A stretch of 64,000 nt of DNA. Origin: Chrysomallon squamiferum (taxonomy: Eukaryota; Animalia; Mollusca). How positions within the stretch are numbered: position 1 is the stretch's first letter; the number at the start of each line of letters is the position of its first letter. The notes under the pieces were generated by a model that saw only the letters and a program-made list of their open reading frames with translations, was not told the origin of the DNA and ran no database searches. The position numbers were made by a program, and so were the translations under genes. The stretch is taken from NCBI GenBank assembly GCA_012295275.1, contig CM022672.1:32426001-32490000 (forward strand), given 5' to 3'. Positions 40,401-54,328 of this stretch are shown in pieces.

Positions 40401-43400
40401 TAAGACTGCGAGCCTCTGTCTCGTCTGAAACAGGGTTGTAAGACTGCGAGCCTCTGTCACGTCTGAAACACGGTTGTAAGATTGCGAGTCTCTGTCACGT
40501 CTGAAACAGGGTTGTAAGACTGCGAGCCTCTGTCACGTCTGAAACACGGTTGTAAGATTGCGAGTCTCTGTCACGTCTCAAACACTGTTCTAAGATTCCG
40601 AGTCTCTTCACGTCTGAACCACGGATGTAAGATTGCGAGTCATGTCACGTCTGAAACACGGTTGTAAGACTGCGAGTATCTGTCACGTCTGAAACAGGGT
40701 TGTAAGACTGCGAGTCTCTGTCACGTCTGAAACACGGTTGTAAGACTGCGAGTCTCTGTCACGTCTGAAACACGGTTGAAAGATTGCGAGTCTCTGTTAC
40801 GTCTGAAACACGGTTGCAAGATTGCGAGTCTCTGTCACGTCTGAAACACGGTTGTAAGATTCCGTGTCTCTTCACGTCTGAACCACGGATGTAAGATTGC
40901 CACTCATGTCACGTCTGAACCACGGATGTAAGATTGCGACTCATGTCACGTCTGAACCACGGATGTAAGATTGCGACTCATGTCACGTCTGAAACACGGA
41001 TGTAAGATTGCGACTCATGTCACGTCTGAAACACGATTGTAAGACTGCGAGCCTCTGTCACGTCTGAAACAGGGTTGTAAGACTGCGAGCCTCTGTCACG
41101 TCTGAAACACGGTTGTAAGATTGCGACTCATGTCACGTCTGAAACACGATTGTAAGATTGCGAGTCTCTGTCACGTCTGAAACACGGTTGAAAGACTGCG
41201 AGCCTCTGTCACGTCTGAAACACGGTTGTAAGATTGCGAGTCTCTGTCACGTCTGAAACACGGTTGTAAGATTCCGACTCTCTGTCACGTCTGAAACACG
41301 GTTGTATAATTGCGACTCATGTCACGTCTGAAACACGGTTGTAAGATGCGAGTCTCTGTCACGTCTGAAACACGGTTGTAAGATTGCGAGTCTCTGTCAC
41401 GTCTGAAACAGGGCTGTAAGACTGCGAGCCTCTGTCACGTCTGAAACACGGTTGTAAGATTGCGAGTCTCTGTCACGTCTGAAACAGGGTTGTAAGACTG
41501 CGAGCCTCTGTCACGTCTGAAACACGGTTGTAAGATTGCGAGTCTCTGTCACGTCTCAAACACTGTTCTAAGATTCCGAGTCTCTTCACGTCTGAACCAC
41601 GGATGTAAGATTGCGAGTCATGTCACGTCTGAAACACGGTTGTAAGATTGCGAGTCTCTGTCACGTCTGAAACACGGTTGTAAGATTGCGAGTATCTGTC
41701 ACGTCTGAAACAGGGTTGTAAGACTGCGAGTCTCTGTCACGTCTGAAACACGGTTGTAAGACTGCGAGTATCTGTCACGTCTGAAACAGGGTTGTAAGAC
41801 TGCGAGTCTCTGTCACGTCTGAAACACGGTTGGAAGACTGCGAGTCTCTGTCACGTCTGAAACACGGTTGGAAGATTGCGAGTCTCTGTTACGTCTGAAA
41901 CACGGTTGCAAGATTGCGAGTCTCTGTCACGTCTGAAACACGGTTCTAAGATTCCGAGTCTCTTCACGTCTGAACCACGGATGTAAGATTGCGACTCATG
42001 TCACGTCTGAAACACGGATGTAAGATTGCGACTCATGTCACGTCTGAAACACGATTGTAAGACTGCGAGCCTCTGTCACGTCTGAAACAGGGTTGTAAGA
42101 CTGTGAGCCTCTGTCACGTCTGAAACACGGTTGTAAGATTGCGACTCATGTCACGTCTGAAACACGATTGTAAGATTGCGAGTCTCTGTCACGTCTGAAA
42201 CACGGTTGAAAGACTGCGAGCCTCTGTCACGTCTGAAACACGGTTGTAAGATTGCGAGTCTCTGTCACGTCTGAAACACGGTTGTAAGATTCCGACTCTC
42301 TGTCACGTCTGAAAAACAGTTGTAAAATTGCGACTCATGTCACGTCTGAAACACGGTTGTAAGATGCGAGTCTCTGTCACGTCTGAAACACGGTTGTAAG
42401 ATTGCGAGTCTCTGTCACGTCTGAAACAGGGTCTGTAAGACTGCGAGCCTCTGTCACGTCTGAAACACGGTTGTAAGATTGCGAGTCTCTGTCACGTCTG
42501 AAACACGGTTGTAAGATTCCGAGTCTCTTCACGTCTGAAACACGGTTGTAAGATTCCGAGTCTCTGTCACGTCTGAAACACGGTTGTAAGATTGCGAGCC
42601 TCTGTCACGTCTGAAACACGGTTGTAAGATTGCGAGTCTCTGTCACGTCTGAAACACGGTTGTAAGATTCCGAGTCTCTGTCACGTCTGAAACACGGATG
42701 TAAGATTGCGACTCATGTCACGTCTGAAACACGGATGTAAGATTGCGACTCATGTCACGTCTGAAACACGATTGTAAGACTGCGAGCCTCTGTCACGTCT
42801 GAAACAGGGTTGTAAGACTGCGAGCCTCTGTCACGTCTGAAACACGGTTGTAAGATTGCGACTCATGTCACGTCTGAAACACGATTGTAAGATTGCGAGT
42901 CTCTGTCACGTCTGAAACACGGTTGAAAGACTGCGAGCCTCTGTCACGTCTGAAACACGGTTGTAAGATTGCGAGTCTCTGTCACGTCTGAAACACGGTT
43001 GTAAGATTCCGACTCTCTGTCACGTCTGAAACACGGTTGTATAATTGCGACTCATGTCACGTCTGAAACACGGTTGTAAGATGCGAGTCTCTGTCACGTC
43101 TGAAACACGGTTGTAAGATTGCGAGTCTCTGTCACGTCTGAAACAGGGCTGTAAGACTGCGAGCCTCTGTCACGTCTGAAACACGGTTGTAAGATTGCGA
43201 GTCTCTGTCACGTCTGAAACAGGGTTGTAAGACTGCGAGCCTCTGTCACGTCTGAAACACGGTTGTAAGATTGCGAGTCTCTGTCACGTCTCAAACACTG
43301 TTCTAAGATTCCGAGTCTCTTCACGTCTGAACCACGGATGTAAGATTGCGAGTCATGTCACGTCTGAAACACGGTTGTAAGATTGCGAGTCTCTGTCACG

Positions 43401-45620
43401 TCTGAAACACGGTTGTAAGATTGCGAGTATCTGTCACGTCTGAAACAGGGTTGTAAGACTGCGAGTCTCTGTCACGTCTGAAACACGGTTGTAAGACTGC
43501 GAGTATCTGTCACGTCTGAAACAGGGTTGTAAGACTGCGAGTCTCTGTCACGTCTGAAACACGGTTGTAAGACTGCGAGTCTCTGTCACGTCTGAAACAC
43601 GGTTGTAAGATTGCGAGTCTCTGTTACGTCTGAAACACGGTTGCAAGATTGCGAGTCTCTGTCACGTCTGAAACACGGTTCTAAGATTCCGAGTCTCTTC
43701 ACGTCTGAACCACGGATGTAAGATTGCGACTCATGTCACGTCTGAAACACGGATGTAAGATTGCGACTCATGTCACGTCTGAAACACGATTGTAAGACTG
43801 CGAGCCTCTGTCACGTCTGAAACAGGGTTGTAAGACTGTGAGCCTCTGTCACGTCTGAAACACGGTTGTAAGATTGCGACTCATGTCACGTCTGAAACAC
43901 GATTGTAAGATTGCGAGTCTCTGTCACGTCTGACAACACGGTTGAAAGACTGCGAGCCTCTGTCACGTCTGAAACACGGTTGTAAGATTGCGAGTCTCTG
44001 TCACGTCTGAAACACGGTTGTAAGATTCCGACTCTCTGTCACGTCTGAAACACAGTTGTAAAATTGCGACTCATGTCACGTCTGAAACACGGTTGTAAGA
44101 TGCGAGTCTCTGTCACGTCTGAAACACGGTTGTAAGATTGCGAGTCTCTGTCACGTCTGAAACAGGGTTGTAAGACTGCGAGCCTCTGTCACGTCTGAAA
44201 CACGGTTGTAAGATTGCGAGTCTCTGTCACGTCTGAAACACGGTTGTAAGATTCCGAGTCTCTTCACGTCTGAAACACGGTTGTAAGATTCCGAGTCTCT
44301 GTCACGTCTGAAACACGGTTGTAAGATTGCGAGCCTCTGTCACGTCTGAAACACGGTTGTAAGATTGCGAGTCTCTGTCACGTCTGAAACACGGTTGTAA
44401 GATTCCGAGTCTCTGTCACGTCTGAAACACGGATGTAAGATTGCGACTCATGTCACGTCTGAAACACGGATGTAAGATTGCGACTCATGTCACGTCTGAA
44501 ACACGATTGTAAGACTGCGAGCCTCTGTCACGTCTGAAACACGGATGTAAGATTGCGACTCATGTCACGCCTGTATCACGGATGTAAGATTGCGACTCAT
44601 GTCACGTCTGAAACACGATTGTAAGACTGCGAGCCTCTGTCACGTCTGACACGGGGTTGTAAGACTGCGAGCCTCTGTCACGTCTGAAACACGGTTGTAA
44701 GATTGCGAGTCTCTGTCACGTCTGAAACAGGGTTGTAAGATTGCGAGTCTCTGTCACGTCTCAAACACTGTTCTAAGATTCCGAGTCTCTTCACTTCTGA
44801 ACCACGGATGTAAGATTGCGAGTCATGTCACGTCTGAAACACGGTTGTAAGATTGCGAGTCTCTGTCACGTCTGAAACAGGGTTGTAAGACTGCGAGTCT
44901 CTGTCACGTCTGAAACACGGTTGTAAGACTGCGAGTATCTGTCACGTCTGAAACAGGGTTGTAAGACTGCGAGTCTCTGTCACGTCTGAAACACGGTTGT
45001 AAGATTGCGAGTCTCTGTTACTTCTGAAACACGGTTGCAAGATTGCGAGTCTCTGTCACGTCTGAAACACGGTTGTAAGATTCCGAGTCTCTGTCACGTC
45101 TGAAACACGGATGTAAGATTGCGACTCATGTCTCGTCTGAAACACGGATGTAAGATTGCGACTCATGTCACGTCTGAAACACGATTGTAAGACTGCGAGC
45201 CTCTGTCACGTCTGAAACAGGGTTGTAAGACTGCGAGCCTCTGTCATGTCTGAAACACGGTTGTAAGATTGCGAGTCTCTGTCACGTCTGAAACACGGTT
45301 ATAAGATTCCGAGTCTCTTCACGTCTGAACCACGGATGTAAGATTGCGACTCATGTCACGTCTGAAACACGGTTGTAAGATTGCGAGTCTCTGTCACGTC
45401 TGAAACACGGTTGTAAGATTCCGAGTCTCTGTCACATCTGAAACACGGATGTAAGATTGCGACTCATGTCACGTCTGAAACGCGGTTGTAAGACTGCGAG
45501 CCTCTGTCACGTCTGAAACTGGGTTGTAATAATGCGAGCCTCTGTCACGTCTGAAACACGGTTGTAAGATTGCGAGTCTCTGTGACGTCTGAAACACGGT
45601 TGTAAGATTGCGAGTCTCTG
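37431..45620 (+). repeat. Satellite array, 38-bp monomer (37-bp variants), ~215 copies
   Basis: Consensus ctgtcacgtctgaaacacggttgtaagattgcgagtct. The main variant is ...ggatgtaagattgcgactcatgtcacg (37 bp). Units are head-to-tail without spacers. Confidence 0.98.
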
Positions 45621-46213
45621 ACTCGGTGTGAAAACACGTAAACTTTGTTACCTTAGAAATTGATATGCTGCAATATTACATAACTTTCTAACTGCTACTG
45701 CGAAACATTAATCGATGTTAATACTGAAAGAGAAAAACGGCATATTAAAAGAATTTTACGTTATCGCTTATTACAAGACAATGATCATTTTAAGTGGTCT
45801 AAAGGTATTAACTATAGAAACTTTAAATTAGAACATTATCTGTTGAAATAGTCACACCAAAATGCTACAATAACATGTAACTTTAAAACAGTTAATGTGA
45901 AACAGTAAAGGATTTAATACTGGAAGGAAAAAAAGGTATCTGTATTTTTATGATGAATCTAAACTGCCTGGCGTACTTTACTTCTTGTAACCATATTATA
46001 AATGCTAAATTAAGTCTCTTTTTTTTTACTTTTTAAAGGTAATACTAGATGAATGTACTTTTTTAATATGTACATATATACCGGTAATGTGAAACATTAA
46101 TGGGAGTAATAATAAAAAAGAAAACAAATGAAATCTGTAATTTCAGAGTATATGTTTACCGTACATCTTCACACACTCACACACAGAGACGCAGATGCAC
46201 ACACCATAGTATT

Positions 46214-46293
46214 GTGTGTGTGTCTGTGTGTGTGTGTCTGTGTGTGTGTATGTGTGTGTGTGTGTGTGTGTGTCTGTGTGTGTGTCTGTGTGT

Positions 46294-46364
<71 letters not shown>

Positions 46365-46465
46365 TGTGTGTGTGTCTGTGTGTGTGTCTGTGTGTGTCTG
46401 TGTGTGTCTGTGTGTGTGTGTGTGTGTGTGTCTGTGTGTGTGTCTGTGTGTGTGTGTCTGTGTGT
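46214..46465. repeat. (TG)n/(TGTGTC) compound microsatellite (copy at 54930-55180)
   Basis: TG run with periodic C interruptions. It accounts for the overlapping VC/HT ORFs. Confidence 0.95.
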
Positions 46466-49216
46466 AAACACAGAGACACATACATTCACACCCACAGTCA
46501 TTCACGAACAGGCGTAAAGAAATGAACGTACAACATTCTGGCGTTGTTTCAATTTGTAAAACAACGTTTCTATTCATTTACAACGTTGTATTTTTCTCTG
46601 TAGTTTCAACAGAAAGATGCGGAAACTGACAAAATGCGCTCGCGTTTATATGTTTCGGTTGTCATAGAAATAATTGTGTTACCGTAGCTCTCGTAACCGA
46701 GTTGTATAGCAATACAAAATAATGTTAGTATTTGTAGTAGCTCTTGTAGTAGTAGTAATAGTTTGTGTTCTATTTGAGGGATGTGATAGTTGTCGCAGCC
46801 GTTATAAGTGATGATGACTGAAGCAGTAGTAACAGTATTATAGTAATAAAACTAACAGTACTGATAGCAGCAGTAGTAATAGTGGTAGCAGTAGCTGAAG
46901 TAGTAGTAGTTACAACAGTCGTGGTATGGAACAGTATTATAACCACTGTCACCATAGCTACGCTTATATTAACCTACTAATCCTAAACTCAATACCATCA
47001 TTATACGACCAGATATACATCAACCATCCCAGAAAAAAAAGCCTCAGAAAAAAACCCCAAAAGCCTACAATTCCCCCCCCCCCAAATAACAAAAATACAA
47101 TTACTATTATTACTACAACTAGAGCCAAAACAAAACTATAGATCGGTAGTAGTGGTAGTAGTAGAAAGAGTAGTTAAACAGTAGCAGTAGTAGTAGCAAT
47201 AGTAGTTATAACAATAATAATAATGACAGTAGTAGTAGTAGCAATAGTAGTTATAATAATAATAATAATAATGACAGTAGTAGTAGTAGTAGTAATAACA
47301 ATAATATTGATGATAGTAGTAGTAGTTGTTGTAAAAATGAAACAATGAAAAAAGGTCAAAAAAGAAAGAAAATAAAAAACAACAACAACAACAAAATAAA
47401 AAAATAAAAAAGAATAAAATAAATTATAATAAAGTAAATTCACCAGCTGTTTTATGACTTATTTGTATTTCATATTTATTTACTACTTTGTATTTACACG
47501 TCTACAAATACAAACTATTAGAATTTTGTCACCTGCCTACTCACTTATTTTGTTCTAACAGTCAAACGCTATGCTTTCATCCTCGTTTTTCTTTCTCTTT
47601 TTTTTTCCAACCTTCTCCTTCTTCGCACTGTCTGTACTGACATGTTCTTAATAAGCAAGGTAAACCGCAGACACGTCAGTTTATTGTTCCAAGGACACGC
47701 GGTTCTAAAGACAAATTCTGCTACTACATTAGACTGAACTTATAAACACGAGTAGAGACCCGGCATTAATCTGCAAGACGTGTGTGAATGTAGCGCGGAG
47801 TCGACACCGGGAGACATGGAATTTCAGTTCAGTGTGGCTGATGGTTTCAGTCACAGAGTGAACGCCGTGTAGGAGTTGAACAGTCGCAGAGAATAAATAC
47901 ATCGACAGGCGTACTGACTCTACTGAACAACGAGCGGCTTCAATACCTGAAACTCATAATCATCGAGACTATGAAGAAGGGGGAGTCAAACCCCCCCTCC
48001 AAAGTGAGCCAACACAGACATGAATTTTAGGGCAAAACTGTGTTTTTAATCGGTGCAAAATTTATCTGACAAACAAGGGAATGCAACCCAGTTACTTGTG
48101 TTTTTATTCTGTGTAAAGAAACCCGTATATTCCAACCCCTCTACCGCAGCTCACTGGTCAAAAAGAACTCATACACCCACGTTTATAATGAATGATATAA
48201 CATGTGTATTAAATACATAATACATTATTACTCGAAGAGAACCCATACACACACTTTCGTAATGAATGATATAATGTATTTAATACATAATATATTATAC
48301 TAATTATCAAATGTAATCCTTACGCTGGCGTTCATAATGAATAATATATAATACATTTTAAATACATAATAATATAGACATTAAAAATATCATATTTTCA
48401 CATTGAGTTCATATATATGAAATAAATATTTATAGCCTTTACCCAAATTATTATTATTATTAGTAGTAGTAGTAGTAGTAATAGTAGTAGTAGTAGTAGT
48501 ACTAATAGTAGTTATAGTAATTGAAGTACCAGTAGTAGTAGTTGTAGTAATAGTAGTAGTAGTGTATTATACATTATTTTAACGTTTCTATCACAAATAT
48601 AAAAACACATCATCATTATCGACATTATTATATTACTAGTACTCTATTATTATTATTAGTATTATTTATTTAGTTAGTTTGTAGTAGTAGTAGTAGTTGT
48701 TGTTGTTGTTGTAGTTGTCTTATTAGTAGTAGTAGCATAAATGTGTTAATCGGGTTAAGATTGCAATATAAACATTCTAAATTAATGTCAGTTTCGTAAT
48801 ATATTCTTTTAAAAATAAAAACACCAGTATTTAGGCGTATAGAAGAATTACCAGTATTATTATTATATATAACTTAGCATCAGAGTTTTATCTGTTAACG
48901 TGGAACTGGGAAAAATCAAACGCTTATCTGATTATGTGTCATCTGCTACAGCAGTATTTTCACAAGATTCAGCGTTTCTATCCGTCTCAGACATATTCAC
49001 ACATACGAGGGATTAGAGCATGTATTTATATTTATATATGCACTTAAGACCTGGCTCTAACTAATTTCTGACGACACATACAAAAATGGAATATTCAACT
49101 TGCCAGTCCCATGTTTCCAGGAAAACACAGATGCACACAGAAATAACGAAAGTCAAAATACGGCGTGCTTTGTGGGAAGCGGTGATTACCCTCAGTTACT
49201 GGGCAATCTTTTCAAG

Positions 49217-49320
49217 GTTGTCTTCATGGCCGGACGGTGACGTTGTCAGCGGTATCTGACGGGGTTTGTGAGGTCGTGATTGGACTTTGTCTTCCTGTGG
49301 TAGCGCCGTACTATTATCAA
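49217..49320 (+). pseudogene. Decayed EGF-like (MEGF-type) cysteine exon remnant (copies at 57926-58030 and, inverted, ~31060-31142)
   Basis: ttttcaag|G CLHGR..DGVCEVVIGLCLP. The DNA is homologous to 62740-62905. Confidence 0.35.
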
Positions 49321-49675
49321 AACACTAATGAAACGTACATAAAAAAATACTCAATCCTAAATTAACACAAACAGAGAGACAGAGACACAGACAACAACAC
49401 ATGCAAATTGCGAGGCTACATATAACAGTAGATTAGTGAGCTCTGAGTAACCAGATCTCCACCTTCCATCTGAGTTTGTTATTATTTTTTTTTTCTAAAC
49501 TAACCTTTCATAAGTATGAAGTACTAAAGGAATATAACATATCGGTGTATATAATATACACTTTATTCTGTTTCAACAGTGTATTAATATAGATCATACA
49601 GAGTAATTCCTATTAGCAATTGAGTAATAATCATAATCATAACAACAACAACAACAACAACAACAGGAACAACAA

Positions 49676-49720
<45 letters not shown>

Positions 49721-49819
49721 CCTGTTATTTAATGATCACCATTCACAGTAAATGTCGAGTAACAAACACGTCGTGTTTCACAGTCTTCATTTAGCACACA
49801 ACAAACGTGTTTACTTGAG

Positions 49820-51840
49820 TTATTTCCTTTAGCGTTTCGAATTTTTTCTTAATTAATTGTATATTTTGAATAAAAGCTTTTGATACATCATCGATTAATT
49901 ATTAAAAAAAAACAACATATTCTTACTTTGGAGTTTCAAATCAAACATGGATATCAACCTTTTCTAATAAACAGGAATCGTGTTTATACATAAATGGTAA
50001 GATTACTAAACGCTTAAAACGTGACACAGGATATAGAAAAGGGGATCACTGCGTTTTCATTTTGTGTGTTGAGAGTCTTGGAATCTTGGTAAGAAATAAG
50101 TAACATATATATATACGGTATTGAGATAAACGGCAATGAATTCAAAATTTCACAGTTCGCCGACGACACAGTATTGCTATTAGGTTGGTGTGATAAAACT
50201 CTGTGAGCATCTGCGGAAACAAAATGTTTGATCGATGTATCTGGTCTTAAAGTTAATGCGTATCAAACAAACATAATAAACTTAGGGAAATACCAAATTA
50301 ATCATAAAATAATGTGATCAAAACAAAAATTAAAATGGACTACAGAATTTACAATACTTATGGTACAGTTTTCCACGGATCTGTATCAAGTACAAGAATT
50401 AAACTTTAATGCAAAGTTGAACGAGGTTAAAAGACTGCTTGAACAATGGTCAAAATGTTCGTAGTCTCCTCTAAGAAAAATTTCTGGAATCAAAAGTTTA
50501 GTTTTATCGAAAATTGTTTGTTTGTTGTTTTTTTTCACTGCCAAATCTAACAAACTATTTCTTTAAAATATTAGAAACCTATTTTGTTTCAGTTTATTTG
50601 GAATAAAAAACCTGATAAAATAGCTAGAAAAAAATAAACACCCGCTGTCCCATTATTTGACTATTATCAAAATGGTTGTTTAAGAGCACTAATTGTTAAG
50701 TTACTTTTTAATGTGTAAAAGACATCGTGGATTAAAGACATAAATTTTAGCCAAGACATTGCCTCTCTTTTGAGTAACTGATTTGAAAGAAAGTAATTAT
50801 CCATCTTGGATGACTCAGCCATTGCTAGTGGATCTGAAAGATGTAACCATGGAGTATCAAGGAGAACTTTCAGAATTACAAAATGATGACTCGATTAAAG
50901 CCCTGTTCAAAATAAAAGGAACAATGATGTGGCTATGTGAAGAAACACAAGCTAAATGTCCAAATACAAGTAGTTTGGCAAGAAAACTACTGTTACCATT
51001 CCGATCGTCATACTTAGTGGAATGTGGATTTAGTGCTGTGAATACTTATTACTGAAGAAAAGAAACCGACTTCATATCACTAAACGAGGCGACTTGAGAT
51101 TGAAATTAAAAAAATGTCTGCCTCGGATAAAATCTCTCTGCAGTAGACATCAGGCTCAAGGGTTTCATTAATTCATTGTAATTGAATTTATTTAATCTGA
51201 TGGTAGATATGTTATACACATTCTAAAATGGATTTTATTTGATTAAATTTGAAGTTAAACGCTTTAGTTTTATTTGAAAGATACAATTTTTTATGTTATG
51301 CTACTTCAAAACTGATATTGTTATATCATACTAAACAATTAACGGGTGGGGGAGATGAAGAAATTTGTCATAAAAAGTGGGGCATAGTACTAAAATGGTT
51401 GGGAACCACTGATCTAGAGCTTCACTGACATTATATTTAGGATCAGCCTACTGTTAAGCAAAATTGCTGAAATGCACAAATTCCTTTTGGAAAAATGCAT
51501 TACACATACGGTCAACCTCTCTAGAGAAATCTGAAAGCAGAAGGGACAAGATAATAATACTACGTCAACAGATGTAATATAATGTTCGCATTAAAAGTGA
51601 CAATAAATCAGCTTATTATAAGACAGTGGCAAAGAAAGGAATTTTATTTTTAAAAGCTCTTTTTGCTAACGACAACTGGATTTTATGCGTTCCATTTTGT
51701 AGAAACGAAAACATAACTTAAGACCACAATTTTATATTTATAGTGTCTTGTTCCTAGCTATTAATAAAAAATAAAAAAATAAAAATGAAAAGAGAAAAGC
51801 ATAAATTTGGTACAGAGTTCTGTAACAAATGGTGGGAAGC
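49820..51840 (+). mobile_element. Decayed L1/Tx1-like LINE ORF2, interrupted by a hAT element
   Basis: GYRKGD..FILCVESLGILVRN, GIEINGNEFKISQFADDT, WNKKPDKIAR and NSFWK motifs, with stops. Confidence 0.8.
50745..51411 (+). mobile_element. hAT Charlie/Buster (SCAND3/ZBED5-like) transposase 3' part with right TIR
   Basis: LARKLLLPFRSSYLVECGFSAVN..KRNRL..RGDLRLKL..HQAQG. Ends ggttgggaaccactg, followed by the atcTAgag target site. Confidence 0.85.
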
Positions 51841-51856
51841 TAACTACAAACACCGA

Positions 51857-54328
51857 GCTGTAAGACTGCGAGCCTCTGTCACGTCTGAAACACGGTTGTA
51901 AGATTGCGAGTCTCTGTCACGTCTGAAACAGGGTTGTAAGACTGCGAGCCTCTGTCACGTCTGAAACACGGTTGTAAGATTGCGAGTCTCTGTCACGTCT
52001 CAAACACTGTTCTAAGATTCCGAGTCTCTTCACGTCTGAACCACGGATGTAAGATTGCGAGTCATGTCACGTCTGAAACACGGTTGTAAGATTGCGAGTC
52101 TCTGTCACGTCTGAAACACGGTTGTAAGATTGCGAGTATCTGTCACGTCTGAAACAGGGTTGTAAGACTGCGAGTCTCTGTCACGTCTGAAACACGGTTG
52201 TAAGACTGCGAGTATCTGTCACGTCTGAAACAGGGTTGTAAGACTGCGAGTCTCTGTCACGTCTGAAACACGGTTGTAAGACTGCGAGTCTCTGTCACGT
52301 CTGAAACACGGTTGTAAGATTGCGAGTCTCTGTTACGTCTGAAACACGGTTGCAAGATTGCGAGTCTCTGTCACGTCTGAAACACGGTTCTAAGATTCCG
52401 AGTCTCTTCACGTCTGAACCACGGATGTAAGATTGCGACTCATGTCACGTCTGAAACACGGATGTAAGATTGCGACTCATGTCACGTCTGAAACACGATT
52501 GTAAGACTGCGAGCCTCTGTCACGTCTGAAACAGGGTTGTAAGACTGTGAGCCTCTGTCACGTCTGAAACACGGTTGTAAGATTGCGACTCATGTCACGT
52601 CTGAAACACGATTGTAAGATTGCGAGTCTCTGTCACGTCTGAAACACGGTTGAAAGACTGCGAGCCTCTGTCACGTCTGAAACACGGTTGTAAGATTGCG
52701 AGTCTCTGTCACGTCTGAAACACGGTTGTAAGATTCCGACTCTCTGTCACGTCTGAAACACAGTTGTAAAATTGCGACTCATGTCACGTCTGAAACACGG
52801 TTGTAAGATGCGAGTCTCTGTCACGTCTGAAACACGGTTGTAAGATTGCGAGTCTCTGTCACGTCTGAAACAGGGTTGTAAGACTGCGAGCCTCTGTCAC
52901 GTCTGAAACACGGTTGTAAGATTGCGAGTCTCTGTCACGTCTGAAACACGGTTGTAAGATTCCGAGTCTCTTCACGTCTGAAACACGGTTGTAAGATTCC
53001 GAGTCTCTGTCACGTCTGAAACACGGTTGTAAGATTGCGAGCCTCTGTCACGTCTGAAACACGGTTGTAAGATTGCGAGTCTCTGTCACGTCTGAAACAC
53101 GGTTGTAAGATTCCGAGTCTCTGTCACGTCTGAAACACGGATGTAAGATTGCGACTCATGTCACGTCTGAAACACGGATGTAAGATTGCGACTCATGTCA
53201 CGTCTGAAACACGATTGTAAGACTGCGAGCCTCTGTCACGTCTGAAACACGGATGTAAGATTGCGACTCATGTCACGCCTGTATCACGGATGTAAGATTG
53301 CGACTCATGTCACGTCTGAAACACGATTGTAAGACTGCGAGCCTCTGTCACGTCTGACACGGGGTTGTAAGACTGCGAGCCTCTGTCACGTCTGAAACAC
53401 GGTTGTAAGATTGCGAGTCTCTGTCACGTCTGAAACAGGGTTGTAAGATTGCGAGTCTCTGTCACGTCTCAAACACTGTTCTAAGATTCCGAGTCTCTTC
53501 ACTTCTGAACCACGGATGTAAGATTGCGAGTCATGTCACGTCTGAAACACGGTTGTAAGATTGCGAGTCTCTGTCACGTCTGAAACAGGGTTGTAAGACT
53601 GCGAGTCTCTGTCACGTCTGAAACACGGTTGTAAGACTGCGAGTATCTGTCACGTCTGAAACAGGGTTGTAAGACTGCGAGTCTCTGTCACGTCTGAAAC
53701 ACGGTTGTAAGATTGCGAGTCTCTGTTACTTCTGAAACACGGTTGCAAGATTGCGAGTCTCTGTCACGTCTGAAACACGGTTGTAAGATTCCGAGTCTCT
53801 GTCACGTCTGAAACACGGATGTAAGATTGCGACTCATGTCTCGTCTGAAACACGGATGTAAGATTGCGACTCATGTCACGTCTGAAACACGATTGTAAGA
53901 CTGCGAGCCTCTGTCACGTCTGAAACAGGGTTGTAAGACTGCGAGCCTCTGTCATGTCTGAAACACGGTTGTAAGATTGCGAGTCTCTGTCACGTCTGAA
54001 ACACGGTTATAAGATTCCGAGTCTCTTCACGTCTGAACCACGGATGTAAGATTGCGACTCATGTCACGTCTGAAACACGGTTGTAAGATTGCGAGTCTCT
54101 GTCACGTCTGAAACACGGTTGTAAGATTCCGAGTCTCTGTCACATCTGAAACACGGATGTAAGATTGCGACTCATGTCACGTCTGAAACGCGGTTGTAAG
54201 ACTGCGAGCCTCTGTCACGTCTGAAACTGGGTTGTAATAATGCGAGCCTCTGTCACGTCTGAAACACGGTTGTAAGATTGCGAGTCTCTGTGACGTCTGA
54301 AACACGGTTGTAAGATTGCGAGTCTCTG
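51857..54328 (+). repeat. Second 38-bp satellite block, ~65 copies
   Basis: Same monomer, and a copy of 43148-45620. Confidence 0.97.

Noticed and set aside
37431-45620. CRISPR array
   Set aside because: Units are head-to-tail with no unique spacers, there are no cas genes, and the context is eukaryotic.
37431-45620. Repetitive protein-coding exon
   Set aside because: The 38/37-bp period breaks frame, stops recur, and the track lists no ORF here.
46100-46577. Cys/Val- or His/Thr-rich ORFs (also 54817-55292 and 62921-63330)
   Set aside because: These are translations of (TG)n/(CA)n/(TA)n microsatellites.
47690-47950. GC-richer block with an acceptor-like site as a possible exon
   Set aside because: No frame gave a recognisable domain and most frames contain stops.
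50783-51055. Domesticated SCAND3/ZBED-like host gene
   Set aside because: It is frameshifted, 5'-truncated, retains a TIR and is nested in a LINE, so it is a transposon fossil.
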